From positions 448,001 to 512,000 of the forward strand of contig CAVVTZ010000007.1 of assembly GCA_963751275.1 (NCBI GenBank): a DNA stretch of 64,000 nucleotides. The letters are read 5' to 3'. This DNA is from an uncultured Gemmatimonadaceae bacterium. GTDB lineage: Bacteria > Gemmatimonadota > Gemmatimonadetes > Gemmatimonadales > Gemmatimonadaceae. Positions 1 through 9,014 of this stretch are shown one piece after another; position 1 is the stretch's first letter, and each line of letters starts with the position of its first letter. Position numbers and translations under genes: made by a program. The notes under the pieces were generated by a model. It saw only the letters and a list, made by a program, of their open reading frames with translations. It made no database searches and was not told the DNA's origin.

Positions 1-255
1 CGAGCAATCGAAGCCCTTCTTGGGCGTTTCGCCGCCGCGGCGGTATCGCTTGCCGAGTTGGGCGCGTGCGTGCGCGACCAGGGAATCGCGGAGGTCCAGC
101 GCCGATGCGCTGAGTGCGGCGAGAGGCGCCTGGGGCACGAAGGCGGCCGCCTCCTGAGTCTCCTGTTGGGCGCGCGCGACCCTTGGCACCATCGCGACAG
201 CGACGGTGACAAGCGCCAGGAGCAGCGCAAGGGATCGGATTCGGGCGGCCGTCAT
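1..255 (-). CDS. NlpC/P60 (C40) peptidase, N-terminal part (runs off window start)
   Basis: Manual translation from ATG at 255: signal-like N-terminus, then ...ARAQLGKRYRRGGETPKKGFDCS, the C40 catalytic-Cys motif. Not in the ORF track. Confidence 0.85.
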   Translation of the reverse strand, partial: MTAARIRSLALLLALVTVAVAMVPRVARAQQETQEAAAFVPQAPLAALSASALDLRDSLVAHARAQLGKRYRRGGETPKKGFDCS

Positions 256-394
256 ATCTGGATTAGAAAATAGGCCCGGGGGCACACCCAGTCAATCAAA
301 ATCATTGCCCGAATCATCAATTTAACACCATGATTTCATTGACTTTAAGTCACGACAGAACGGCAGGCCGCGAAAAGCGTTATCTTTCAGCCAT

Positions 395-658
395 ATGTTG
401 GCCATCCTAGCTGAGGGCGGGTTGTTCGTCGCGGCGATCGCGGCGTTCGCCGCCCTCTTTTTCATCGCACTCAAGCGGTATACGCCCCTCGGGCTCCGGC
501 TCCAGCAACGGGAGAACCGGAAACGCATCGAGCGGGAGGCTGAAAGCGTTTGTGCCATTCACGGCCGGCACGAAGAACACGAGCTCGTCCGCCTCGCAAG
601 CGGCGAACGGATCTGTCCCGACTGCTTCAGGGAAGCGGTGCGGGACACGCTCGGGTAG
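395..658 (+). CDS. small membrane-anchored protein with C-terminal CxxH...CxxC putative Zn site
   Basis: N-terminal TM helix; CAIH...CPDC; directly upstream of SPFH gene. Confidence 0.6.
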   Translation: MLAILAEGGLFVAAIAAFAALFFIALKRYTPLGLRLQQRENRKRIEREAESVCAIHGRHEEHELVRLASGERICPDCFREAVRDTLG

Positions 659-682
659 CGAACGAACCGGAGGATCGACCAC

Positions 683-1579
683 ATGGAATCGGAACGCGGC
701 GCGTACGGCGCGGGGCGGATGAAGCTGATCGCGGTGGGAGTCGGGGTGCTGGCCCTTTTCATCCTGCTGAAGACGATGATCGTGTACATCAGCCCGGGGC
801 ACGTGGGCATCGTGATCAACCGGACCGCCGGCGGGGTCAACCCGGTGGCGCTCAATCCCGGGCTGCACCTGCGCAATCCGCTGACGACGGGGATCATGGA
901 GTACCCGACGTTCATGCAGACGCTCGTGCTGACCAGGACGACCAACGAGGGCGCGGCCTACAACGAGGAGATCAACGTGAACAGCGTGGAGGGCCAGCCG
1001 CTCTCGCTGGACATCTCCATGTCGTTCAAGCTCGATCCGCTGAAAGTGCCGTTCCTCTACACGACGTTCCGCACCGACGTGGTGGCGATCGAGCACAGCT
1101 ACGTGAAGCAGGCCGTCCGGCAGGCGTTGCAGGAAGTCGTGGGCAACGAGCCGATCGCGGACGTGATCGGACCGAAGAAGGCGGAGGCGACGTCGCGGGT
1201 GTTCGCGCTGCTCGAGAAGCGGCTGCAGGACTACGGCATCCTGGTGGAGCAGTTCACGATCAATGAACTGCGCGCGCCGCCGGCGGTGATCGAGGCCATC
1301 AACCAAAAGAACGTGATGCAACAGCAGGCGCTGACGGCGGAGAACGAGCTGCAGAAGAACAAGTTCCAGGCGCAGGGCGACTCGATCAAGGCGATGGGCC
1401 GCGCGAAGGCCATCATCGCGGAAGCCGAGGCGCAGGCGCGCGCGAACCGGCTGCTGGCGGAGAGCATCACGCCCACGCTGGTGCAGTACGAGCTCGCGAT
1501 GAAGTGGAACGGGCAGATGCCCCAGGTATCGGGGGGCGCAATGCCGCTGATCCAGCTGCCGATGGGTGCTAAACCCTAA
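683..1579 (+). CDS. SPFH/prohibitin/band-7 family protein
   Basis: TM anchor, PGHVGIV, coiled-coil AEAEAQARAN, KWNGQMP C-terminus; GGAGG RBS. Confidence 0.93.
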   Translation: MESERGAYGAGRMKLIAVGVGVLALFILLKTMIVYISPGHVGIVINRTAGGVNPVALNPGLHLRNPLTTGIMEYPTFMQTLVLTRTTNEGAAYNEEINVNSVEGQPLSLDISMSFKLDPLKVPFLYTTFRTDVVAIEHSYVKQAVRQALQEVVGNEPIADVIGPKKAEATSRVFALLEKRLQDYGILVEQFTINELRAPPAVIEAINQKNVMQQQALTAENELQKNKFQAQGDSIKAMGRAKAIIAEAEAQARANRLLAESITPTLVQYELAMKWNGQMPQVSGGAMPLIQLPMGAKP

Positions 1580-1586
1580 CAACGTT

Positions 1587-1711
1587 ATTCGAACCTCGAA
1601 CCGCGTCATTGGTCCCCGAACTCCGTGAGGAGCGAGTGGTTCGTGGTACTACGAACCACTCGTCATTGACGGAGTTCGGGGGACCAATGACGGGGTTCGG
1701 GTCGCCAGTTC
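1587..1711. repeat. palindromic repeat family A, copy 1 (~100-nt hairpin)
   Basis: TTGGTCCCCGAACTCCGT...ACGGAGTTCGGGGGACCAA arms; second copy at 2404-2521. Confidence 0.85.
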
Positions 1712-1875
1712 CGTGGTCAGTGGTTCTGAGGAGCCGGCTGCTGTCGTGCAAGGCATGGGATAATCCCTGACGGGTTCTCTCCGACTGCGCGCGCCGTGCG
1801 GGCTGTTATGCTCGTACCGCGCGCGTTCGTTTGCCCGAGTGGCCGGATGCGCATCCCCGTATCGCAGGTGCCATC

Positions 1876-2454
1876 ATGAACTGGCCCTATCTCCACCTCC
1901 TTACGAATCACTTCCCGATCATGGTCACCGCCTTCGGGATCATGGTCCTCCTGCTCGCCGTCGTCACCCGCCGGCGCGCCGTGTGGATGTACGCACTGGC
2001 AACGCTGGCGGTGGCTGGTCTCAGCGCCGGCCCGGTCTACCTTGCGGGCAGTCAGGCCGAGGAGGCCGTGGAGGACATGAAGACGGTGCAACCGGCGCGG
2101 CTGGACGCACACGAGGAGAATGCCGAACTCGCCATCTGGTTCCTGCTCGGCATGGGCGCGATCTCGGGGTACGGTCTGTGGCGCATGCGGCGGGCGCCGT
2201 CGGATGAGCAGCCTCGCGCCTGGCTCCGCGGCGTGGTGGCCGCAACGGCACTGGCCAGCATGGCGACCATCACCGTGACGGCGCGGAGCGGCGGCAAGAT
2301 CGTCCACGGAGACAACACGCTCATGGGGAAACCGTCCCTCGTCGCGCAGCCGCCGGGACCGGGGACATACGACGGGAGAATGAGGAGGGCGGGAGGCGCT
2401 GAGATTCAACCTCGAAACGCGTTCTTGGTCCCCGAACTCCGTCATTCGCAGTAG
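1876..2454 (+). CDS. DUF2231-like membrane protein (possible heme-binding)
   Basis: HLLTNHFP, AHEENA and GGKIVH motifs; 4 TM helices. Confidence 0.7.
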   Translation: MNWPYLHLLTNHFPIMVTAFGIMVLLLAVVTRRRAVWMYALATLAVAGLSAGPVYLAGSQAEEAVEDMKTVQPARLDAHEENAELAIWFLLGMGAISGYGLWRMRRAPSDEQPRAWLRGVVAATALASMATITVTARSGGKIVHGDNTLMGKPSLVAQPPGPGTYDGRMRRAGGAEIQPRNAFLVPELRHSQ

Positions 2455-2521
2455 TTCGTTACGAACCACTTCGACTGGCGGAGTTCGGGGGACCAAGTAC
2501 GGCGTTCGGGTTGCCAGTTCC
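2404..2521. repeat. palindromic repeat family A, copy 2
   Basis: Same arms as copy 1, same orientation; overlaps the 3' end of the DUF2231-like ORF. Confidence 0.85.
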
Positions 2522-2525
2522 TCAG

Positions 2526-3566
2526 TTACATGCTCTTCGGAGCCGGCTGCTGCTGCGTGAGGCAGTGGATCGTGCCGAGTCCCCAGACTAGATCCACCGC
2601 GTGGATGCCGACCACTTCCCGCCCCGGGAATAGTTGCGCGATGATGTTCAGCGCCGCCCGGTCGTTCGGGTCGTTGAACGTCGGGACGAGCACCACGCCG
2701 TTCGCGATGTAGAAGTTCGCGTAGCTCGCGGGCAGGCGCTGGCCGTCCATGATCACGGCGCGCGGATACGGCAGCTTCACCACGCGCAGGCCGCCGGCCA
2801 GTTCCAGCCGGCGCAGGTTGTCCTTCGAGCGCGCGTGATTCTCGTCGCGCGGGTCGGGCTCGTATGCGAGCGCCACGGTGTGCGCGTCGGTGAAGCGCGC
2901 GATGTCGTCCACGTGGCCGTGCGTGTCGTCGCCCACGCAGCCTTGCCCAAGCCAGACCGTGCGGCGGATGCCGAGCCACTGCGCGAACGCGCGCTCGTAG
3001 GCGGCGCGGTCCATGCCGGGATTGCGCACCTGCACCTTCGACAGCAGCCACTCCTCGGTCACGAGCATGGTGCCGGCGCCGTCGGTCTCGATGCCGCCGC
3101 CCTCGAGCACGAGCGGCTTGCCGTTATCCTCACGCACGGCGGTGGTGAACGGCGCGCCGCTGAACTTCGCGATCGCGGCGCCGACCTTCACGTCGCGCTT
3201 GAAGTTCGCGTACTTCGCCCAGCCGTTGAAGCGCCAGCCGATCCAGCGCAGCGCGCCGTGCGGGTCGAGCACGCCCGTGGGGCCGGAATCGCGCGTCCAG
3301 ACGCGGTCGCTCGCGGTGATGCGCCGCCCCACGCGCGCGAGATCCACGCCGTGCGCCCTCAGCGCCGACTCGGCGCTCTTCTTCACCGCGGCGTCATGAC
3401 ACAGGATCTCGACGCGCTCGTGCCCATGCAGCGCGCGCACGATCTCGGCGTACACCCACGGGATGGGGGCGAACTTCCCCGGCCAGTCGGGCTTGTGGTG
3501 CGGCCAGCTGATCCAGGTCGCCGTGTGCGGTTCCCACTCCGCGGGCCAGCGGACCCCCAGCGTCAT
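2526..3566 (-). CDS. aguA: agmatine deiminase
   Basis: PAEWEPH, WTRDSGP, FNGW, LEGGG, DTHGHVD, ASYANFY, GTIHCLTQQ; ATGA overlap with aguB. Confidence 0.95.
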   Translation of the reverse strand: MTLGVRWPAEWEPHTATWISWPHHKPDWPGKFAPIPWVYAEIVRALHGHERVEILCHDAAVKKSAESALRAHGVDLARVGRRITASDRVWTRDSGPTGVLDPHGALRWIGWRFNGWAKYANFKRDVKVGAAIAKFSGAPFTTAVREDNGKPLVLEGGGIETDGAGTMLVTEEWLLSKVQVRNPGMDRAAYERAFAQWLGIRRTVWLGQGCVGDDTHGHVDDIARFTDAHTVALAYEPDPRDENHARSKDNLRRLELAGGLRVVKLPYPRAVIMDGQRLPASYANFYIANGVVLVPTFNDPNDRAALNIIAQLFPGREVVGIHAVDLVWGLGTIHCLTQQQPAPKSM

Positions 3567-4465
3567 CCGATCCACCGGTTCAGGATCGGCCCGTACGCGT
3601 CGATCCGGCGGTCGCGGAAGAAGGGCCAGTTCCGGCGCGTGTATTCGATGAGCGCGGGATCGAGCGATGCGATGACGATGGCGGGATCGGTTCCGGCTTC
3701 GGCGACGAGGCGGCCGAAGGGGTCCGCGATGAATGAGTGGCCGAAGAACTCGAGCCCGTCGGTGCCCGGCTCGGCTTCGAAGCCCACGCGGTTCGCGGCG
3801 GCGATGAAGACGCCGTTGGCGATCGCGTGCGCGCGCTGCGCGGTGCGCCACGCGTCGGCCTGCGCCGCGCCCCACTCCGCTTTCTCCTTCGGGTGCCAGC
3901 CGATGGCGGTGGGATAGAAGATCACTTGCGCGCCCATGAGCGCCGTGATGCGCGCGGCTTCGGGGTACCACTGGTCCCAGCAGATGAGCACGCCGATCGT
4001 CGCGAACTTCGTCTTGAACACGCGGAATCCCGCGGCCGGGCGGGTCTCGTCGTGCTGGTAGATCTCGCCGGGCGTGAAGTAATACTTCTCGTGGTACAGC
4101 GGATCGTCGGGGATGTGCATCTTGCGGTAGACGCCAAGCAGCGCGCCATCGGCGTCGACGACGGCGGCGGAGTTGTGATACACGCCCGCGCCGCGCCGTT
4201 CGAAGATCGGCACGATGATCACGACGCCCAATTCCTTCGCGAGCACCTGCATGCGTTCGACCGTGGGCCCGGGGATCGGCTCGGCAAGGTCGAAGCGTTC
4301 CGCGTCGGTCACTTTGCAGAAGTACGGCGCGTTGAACAATTCCTGCAGACAGATGATGTTCGCGCCGCGCGCGGCGGCCTCGCGGATCTTGGCCGCAGCC
4401 GCTTCGACCGCCGCCTTCGCGTCGGTGGGCACGGCCTGCTGGATGAGCGCGACGGAGAAGGGCAC
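3563..4465 (-). CDS. aguB: N-carbamoylputrescine amidase (carbon-nitrogen hydrolase)
   Basis: LQELF, YRKMHIPDDP, EKYYF, ICWDQWYPE, YPTAIG; start approximate. Confidence 0.92.
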   Translation of the reverse strand: MPFSVALIQQAVPTDAKAAVEAAAAKIREAAARGANIICLQELFNAPYFCKVTDAERFDLAEPIPGPTVERMQVLAKELGVVIIVPIFERRGAGVYHNSAAVVDADGALLGVYRKMHIPDDPLYHEKYYFTPGEIYQHDETRPAAGFRVFKTKFATIGVLICWDQWYPEAARITALMGAQVIFYPTAIGWHPKEKAEWGAAQADAWRTAQRAHAIANGVFIAAANRVGFEAEPGTDGLEFFGHSFIADPFGRLVAEAGTDPAIVIASLDPALIEYTRRNWPFFRDRRIDAYGPILNRWIG

Positions 4466-4517
4466 GTGAACTCGCGGCGGAAGAGCGGGTGCGGCGGCGG
4501 GGCCGCCGGGCGAAAAA

Positions 4518-5972
4518 CTACTGCGTGATCCGCCGAAAGCTACCCGAGATCCGGGCGAGCGCACCGGGGGTCTTCTTCTCCATCATCTCCGCGGTGGGCG
4601 GGCCGCACACACCGATCACGACATCCATGACGTTCGTGGAGGTGAGGTCGGTGCGGAGAAGGGCGCCGGCCGCGTCGAGCGCGGGATAGGCATCGTGGCC
4701 GGCGAGATCCTTTTCCGGGTCGCGGCCGGCGCGCGCGATGTCGTTCCACGTCTCGCGATTCACTACGGCGCCCGCGGCGTCGGTGGCGCCGTCGCGGCCG
4801 TCGGTGCCGCAGGCGAGGATCGTCGAACCGCGCGCGCTCTTCACGAGCGCGAGCTCCTTCGCGGCCGAGAGGGCGAGCTCCTGGCAGCGGCCGCCGGATC
4901 CGTGCGGGCCCTCGCGCAGCGACACCGTGGTCTCGCCGCCCCAGATGAGGCACGCGCGGCCGGCGCGCTCCGCGATCGTGGGTGTCGCGGAACCGCAGGT
5001 GCTGGCGAGCGACGCGGCCACGCGCTTCCCCGCTGACATCGCATCGCCCGAGAGCGTGGTGCTCATGATGCGCGGATCGTAGCCGAGTTCTTTCGCGCGC
5101 GTGGCGATCGCATCGAGCGCGGTGCGGTTGCTCGCGATGATGCGGCGCTCGACGTTCTCGAACACCGGGTCGCCCGCTTTGGGCGTTTCGAGCCCGGGGT
5201 CACGCTCCACGGCGTGCAGGTAGCGGCGCAGCGTGATCGGCACGAGGTCCCAGAGCTTGTAGGCAACGAGGATGGAACGCACCTGGCTGGCGGTGCTCGG
5301 GTCGGGGACGCAGGGGCCGGAGCCGATCGCGGCGAGGTCGTCGCCGATCACATCGGAGATGATGAAGTTCCGCACCTTGTGCGCCTTCAGCGCGGCGGCG
5401 AGGCGGCCCGCGCCCCAACGCGTGAAGCGTTTGCGGATGAGGTTCATGGTGGCGATGTCGAGCCCCGAGCCGTGCAGCAGCTCGAAGAGCTGCACCATCT
5501 CCTCGGGCTTGAGCGCCGCATCGGGCGCGGCGATGAGACTCGTCGAACCGCCGGAGAGGAGCACCCACGCGTCGTCGTCGGGGCGGACCTTCGCGGCGGT
5601 CATCTCGATCACGCGGGCGGCGGTGAGAGACCGCACGCCCGGCGCCGGATGGTCGCCGACGAGCATCTCGAGGTTCGGATGCGGGCTCGGCACTTGGCGC
5701 GGCGCGACGATCGCGCCGCCCGCCGGCTCCATGCCGTGCTCGCGCAGCCACTCGACCGCGGCGATCGCCATCGGGTTCGCCGCTTTGCCGATCGCGAAGA
5801 TCCAGATGCGCCGGCGCTCCTTCTCCGGCGGGATCTTGTCGAGCGCCGCGCGCAGCGCGGGCGCCGGCGAGACGGCGCGAATCGCGGCCCAGTACAGCTG
5901 AATGAGCGTGGCCCGCGCGTCCATCGGCGCATCGGGCGCGACGGCCCACATCGGCTGACTGGGAGTCTTCAT
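4518..5972 (-). CDS. glycerate kinase type 2 (DUF4147 + MOFRL)
   Basis: IGKAA, GDHP, LSGGSTSL, SDVIGD, IGSGP, GGETTV, GGRCQE, GTDGRDG, TNVMD. Confidence 0.92.
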   Translation of the reverse strand: MKTPSQPMWAVAPDAPMDARATLIQLYWAAIRAVSPAPALRAALDKIPPEKERRRIWIFAIGKAANPMAIAAVEWLREHGMEPAGGAIVAPRQVPSPHPNLEMLVGDHPAPGVRSLTAARVIEMTAAKVRPDDDAWVLLSGGSTSLIAAPDAALKPEEMVQLFELLHGSGLDIATMNLIRKRFTRWGAGRLAAALKAHKVRNFIISDVIGDDLAAIGSGPCVPDPSTASQVRSILVAYKLWDLVPITLRRYLHAVERDPGLETPKAGDPVFENVERRIIASNRTALDAIATRAKELGYDPRIMSTTLSGDAMSAGKRVAASLASTCGSATPTIAERAGRACLIWGGETTVSLREGPHGSGGRCQELALSAAKELALVKSARGSTILACGTDGRDGATDAAGAVVNRETWNDIARAGRDPEKDLAGHDAYPALDAAGALLRTDLTSTNVMDVVIGVCGPPTAEMMEKKTPGALARISGSFRRITQ

Positions 5973-6041
5973 GAGCGGAAACTTATGGCATGCCGCGGGA
6001 AGCGCGAGAGAAAGTTATTTCTCACGGTCGAGCCGGTGGCG

Positions 6042-6132
6042 CATCGCGCATCGTGCGTCGGCCATCGGTCGCCGGATTCGGGCATCGCGACCGCACGAAG
6101 CGGTCACGATGGCCGACGCACGATGCACGATG
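6042..6132. repeat. heptamer-based (CATCGTG) inverted repeat, 26-nt arms
   Basis: 6042-6067 pairs with 6107-6132, one mismatch; downstream of the Prx gene. Confidence 0.75.
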
Positions 6133-6134
6133 AA

Positions 6135-6695
6135 CTATTTCGCTCCCGCCTTCTTCACCTCGTTCCCGAGCGTGGTATACGCGTCGGCCGACATCACGTT
6201 GAACGGTGCGCGGTACGTGATCTTCCCGTTGGGTGCGATCACGAACACGACGCGCGTGTCCATCGCGTACTTCTCGTTGTACACGCCGTACGCGGAGCCG
6301 ATCGCGTGGCCGGTGTCGCTCACGAACGTCATGGGGAACTTGGCATCGTGCGCCCAGCTCGCGAGCGTGGTGTCCGCATCGACGGAGATGCCGAGGACGA
6401 CGACGCCGTTGCCGTTGTTGAAGAGCGTGGCGTACTGATCACGGTACGCCTCCATTTGGATCGTTCAGCCCTTGGTCCGCGCCTTGAAGAAGAAGGCTAG
6501 CACGACGGTCTTCCCCTTGTACGTTGCGAGGCTCACCGAGGGGATGAGGCCGGACATGTTCGCGCCGGGCGCCGTGAAGTTCGGGGCGACGGATCCGGTG
6601 TCGACTATGGATGCCGTGGGCGCGGCCTGCGCGATGGCCGATGATATCGGAGCAGTGACGAGTACCGCTGCCGCGATGAGCCGGACGATTCTCAT
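6135..6695 (-). CDS. exported BCP/PrxQ-like peroxiredoxin, selenoprotein (UGA at 6465-6467 = Sec)
   Basis: Two ORFs in the same frame join as FFFKARTKG-U-TIQMEAYRDQY, matching the Prx TxxC motif; GISVD and R motifs downstream; signal peptide. Confidence 0.88.
6429..6450 (-). promoter_or_regulatory. putative bacterial SECIS hairpin
   Basis: GGCGTAC-CGTGATCA-GTACGCC; 7-bp stem starting 15 nt after UGA, G at loop position 2. Confidence 0.75.
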
Positions 6696-6775
6696 GGGAC
6701 CTCCACTAGGGGTAACGCCCTAAGGTACGCGCTAACGCCGTATAGCGGAACCGTTCGCGGGGTCCGGGTCTGAAA

Positions 6776-6886
6776 CGAACTGCTTTTGACAGGATGAACA
6801 GGATAACTGCTGATGAACGACATGAGGCGGCCCCGCCTCATGTCGTTCATCAGCAGTTATCCTGTTCATCCTGTCAAAGCAGTTCG
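6776..6886. repeat. palindromic repeat family B, copy 1 (~110-nt near-perfect hairpin)
   Basis: AACTGCTTTTGACAGGAT...ATCCTGTCAAAGCAGTT; also at 40018 and 42187. Confidence 0.92.
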
Positions 6887-6888
6887 CT

Positions 6889-8106
6889 TCAATACTTGAA
6901 CGCCACCTTGATGCTGCCTTCCCCGCGTTTATCCATCGCGGTCGCGAGGGCCGCCCGATATTCGCCGAGCGGGAAGGTATGCGTCAGCAACGGGCGGACG
7001 TTGGCCTTCCCTGTGGAGATCAGCATCGCCGCTTCGTGGAAATCATCCGGATCCGCGGCACCATGCCCGTGTGACCCGTGGAACACCGAGCCGCGCACCG
7101 ACAGCTCCTTCACCCAGAGCGGCGTCCAGTCGAGTCCCTTCATCGTGCTCGAGTTGCCGAGCAGAACGATCGTGCCGCCGGCGGTGGTGAAGCGCATGGC
7201 GTCGTCCATGCCGCGGGCGCCGCTCACGCAGACGAACGTCAGGTCGAAGCCGCCGATGCCGATCGGTTTGCCGAGGATCGGCTGCAACAGTTTGGTGCCC
7301 GCGACGTCGGCGAGGGTCTTGAGATAATTCCCCTTCGCCTTCACGACGTTCGCGGCGCCGAAGCGCGTCGCGTGCTCGCCCTGGAAGTCGTAGCGCGCGA
7401 GCACGGTCACGCGCGCGGCGGGCGCGAGGGCGCGAATGGCCGCAGTCGCGAGCAGTCCGATGGAACCCGCGCCGATCACCAGCACGCGCGCGCCGGGCGC
7501 GGGAAGGTTCGAGCGCACCGCGCGCACCGAGCACGAGAAGGGCTCGATGAGCACGGCCAGCTCGTCGGGCATGCCGTCGGCCAGCTTCAGCAGGTGCGAC
7601 TCGTGCGCGACGAACTGCTCGCCCCACCCGCCGCCGAGACCGCGCGTGGTGCCGATGAGCACGCCGGCCGGCAGCGGGCCGGTCGTGAAATTCACGCAGC
7701 GCCCGTGCTGTCCGTCCGCGCACGCCGCGCACACCGGCGCGATGCCGCGCGACTCGCAGCAGAGCAGGGGGTTCGCGGCCACGCGGTCGCCGGCCTTCAC
7801 CGCGGTCACCGCGGCTCCGCACTCGATCACCTCGCCCACCAGCTCGTGGCCGAGCACGAAGGGGAAGCTCGAGAACGGTGAGTTCGAAGGGCTCGCGCCG
7901 AGCGTGACGACGTTGATGTCGCTGCCGCAGATGCCGCCCATCCGCGTGCGCAGGCGCACCCACTTGTCGGTCGGCAGCGCCGGCGCCTCGACGTCGCCGT
8001 ACGTCGTGCAGGCGTGCGGCCCCACGTAGAAGCGATCGCTCAGCTTGCCCGCGGCGAGCGTGGCGAGATAGGTCGGGATCGGCGCCGCGAACGAGATCGC
8101 TTTCAC
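6889..8106 (-). CDS. Zn-dependent medium-chain dehydrogenase/reductase
   Basis: GICGSD, LGHE, structural Cys cluster, EP, GAGSIG; GTGA overlap with kinase gene. Confidence 0.92.
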   Translation of the reverse strand: MKAISFAAPIPTYLATLAAGKLSDRFYVGPHACTTYGDVEAPALPTDKWVRLRTRMGGICGSDINVVTLGASPSNSPFSSFPFVLGHELVGEVIECGAAVTAVKAGDRVAANPLLCCESRGIAPVCAACADGQHGRCVNFTTGPLPAGVLIGTTRGLGGGWGEQFVAHESHLLKLADGMPDELAVLIEPFSCSVRAVRSNLPAPGARVLVIGAGSIGLLATAAIRALAPAARVTVLARYDFQGEHATRFGAANVVKAKGNYLKTLADVAGTKLLQPILGKPIGIGGFDLTFVCVSGARGMDDAMRFTTAGGTIVLLGNSSTMKGLDWTPLWVKELSVRGSVFHGSHGHGAADPDDFHEAAMLISTGKANVRPLLTHTFPLGEYRAALATAMDKRGEGSIKVAFKY

Positions 8107-9014
8107 GCCGGCGCGCTCCCCTTGGGCGGCACCACGAGGCGCAGCGCCCGCGGCACGGTCGTGATCTCGAGCACCGCACTCTTCGCGCGGTTGTACTCGC
8201 CGTCGGTCTCGTACGCGGGCGGTTCCGTGAAGCGCAGCGTGAAGGACGCCGACTGTTCGGCGTCCACGCTCGCGTGCGTCATGTGCGTGCCCTTGCCCAC
8301 CGCGCCGAAGAGATTCGCGCGCTGGATGGGCGACGCGTCGTGGATCGCGATCAGGTCGAGCTTGCCGTCGGCGAGATCCGCTTTGGGTGCGATCACGAAC
8401 GTGCCGCCGAAATACTTCGCGTTCGCGACGATCACCATGAGATGCTGCTTCATGCCGCGCGGCTTGGCTGGGCTCGCGATATCCACCATGAGCCCTTTGT
8501 AGCTCAGCAGCTGCTTGAGCGCCGAGTACTTGTAGAGGAGATAGCCGCGCAGCCACCAGATGCTCTCGATGTCCTCGAGCACGGCGATATCGAAGCCGAA
8601 GCCGGTGATGTTCAGGAAATACTTGTCCTCGATCCGGCCGACGTCGATCAGCGTGTCGGGGCCGTGCACCGCCAACCGCGCCATCTGTTCGATGTCGGCG
8701 GCCGGGATGTCCAGCGATTTCGCGAAGTCGTTGCCGGTGCCCGCCGCCACGATCGCGAGGCGGCAGGTGCTCTTCGCCGCGACGAGCGCGTTGGCGATGT
8801 TGCTCCACGTGCCGTCGCCGCCGCAGCCGACGATCGTCGTGGCGCCCTCGCGCAGGGCCTGGGCCGCGAGTTCGCGTTCCTGGCCCGGCGAGGTGGTGAA
8901 TCGGATGTCGGTGACGCCGACGTCGGCGAACGCGCGGTGTATGTGCTCCGCCGTCTTCGCACCCCGCCCCCTTCCGGAGGCGGGGTTGACGATGACGGTG
9001 ACCTTCTCACTCAT
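8103..9014 (-). CDS. DAGK/YegS-family lipid kinase (sphingosine/ceramide kinase-like)
   Basis: NPASG, GGDGT, GTGNDFA, GFD, YFGG, DGE. Confidence 0.92.
   Translation of the reverse strand: MSEKVTVIVNPASGRGRGAKTAEHIHRAFADVGVTDIRFTTSPGQERELAAQALREGATTIVGCGGDGTWSNIANALVAAKSTCRLAIVAAGTGNDFAKSLDIPAADIEQMARLAVHGPDTLIDVGRIEDKYFLNITGFGFDIAVLEDIESIWWLRGYLLYKYSALKQLLSYKGLMVDIASPAKPRGMKQHLMVIVANAKYFGGTFVIAPKADLADGKLDLIAIHDASPIQRANLFGAVGKGTHMTHASVDAEQSASFTLRFTEPPAYETDGEYNRAKSAVLEITTVPRALRLVVPPKGSAPA

Noticed and set aside
6794..7327. ORF starting inside repeat B (also 42284-43642 and the 27529 extension of the M28 gene)
   Set aside because: The starts derive from the palindromic repeat and the ORFs overlap real genes
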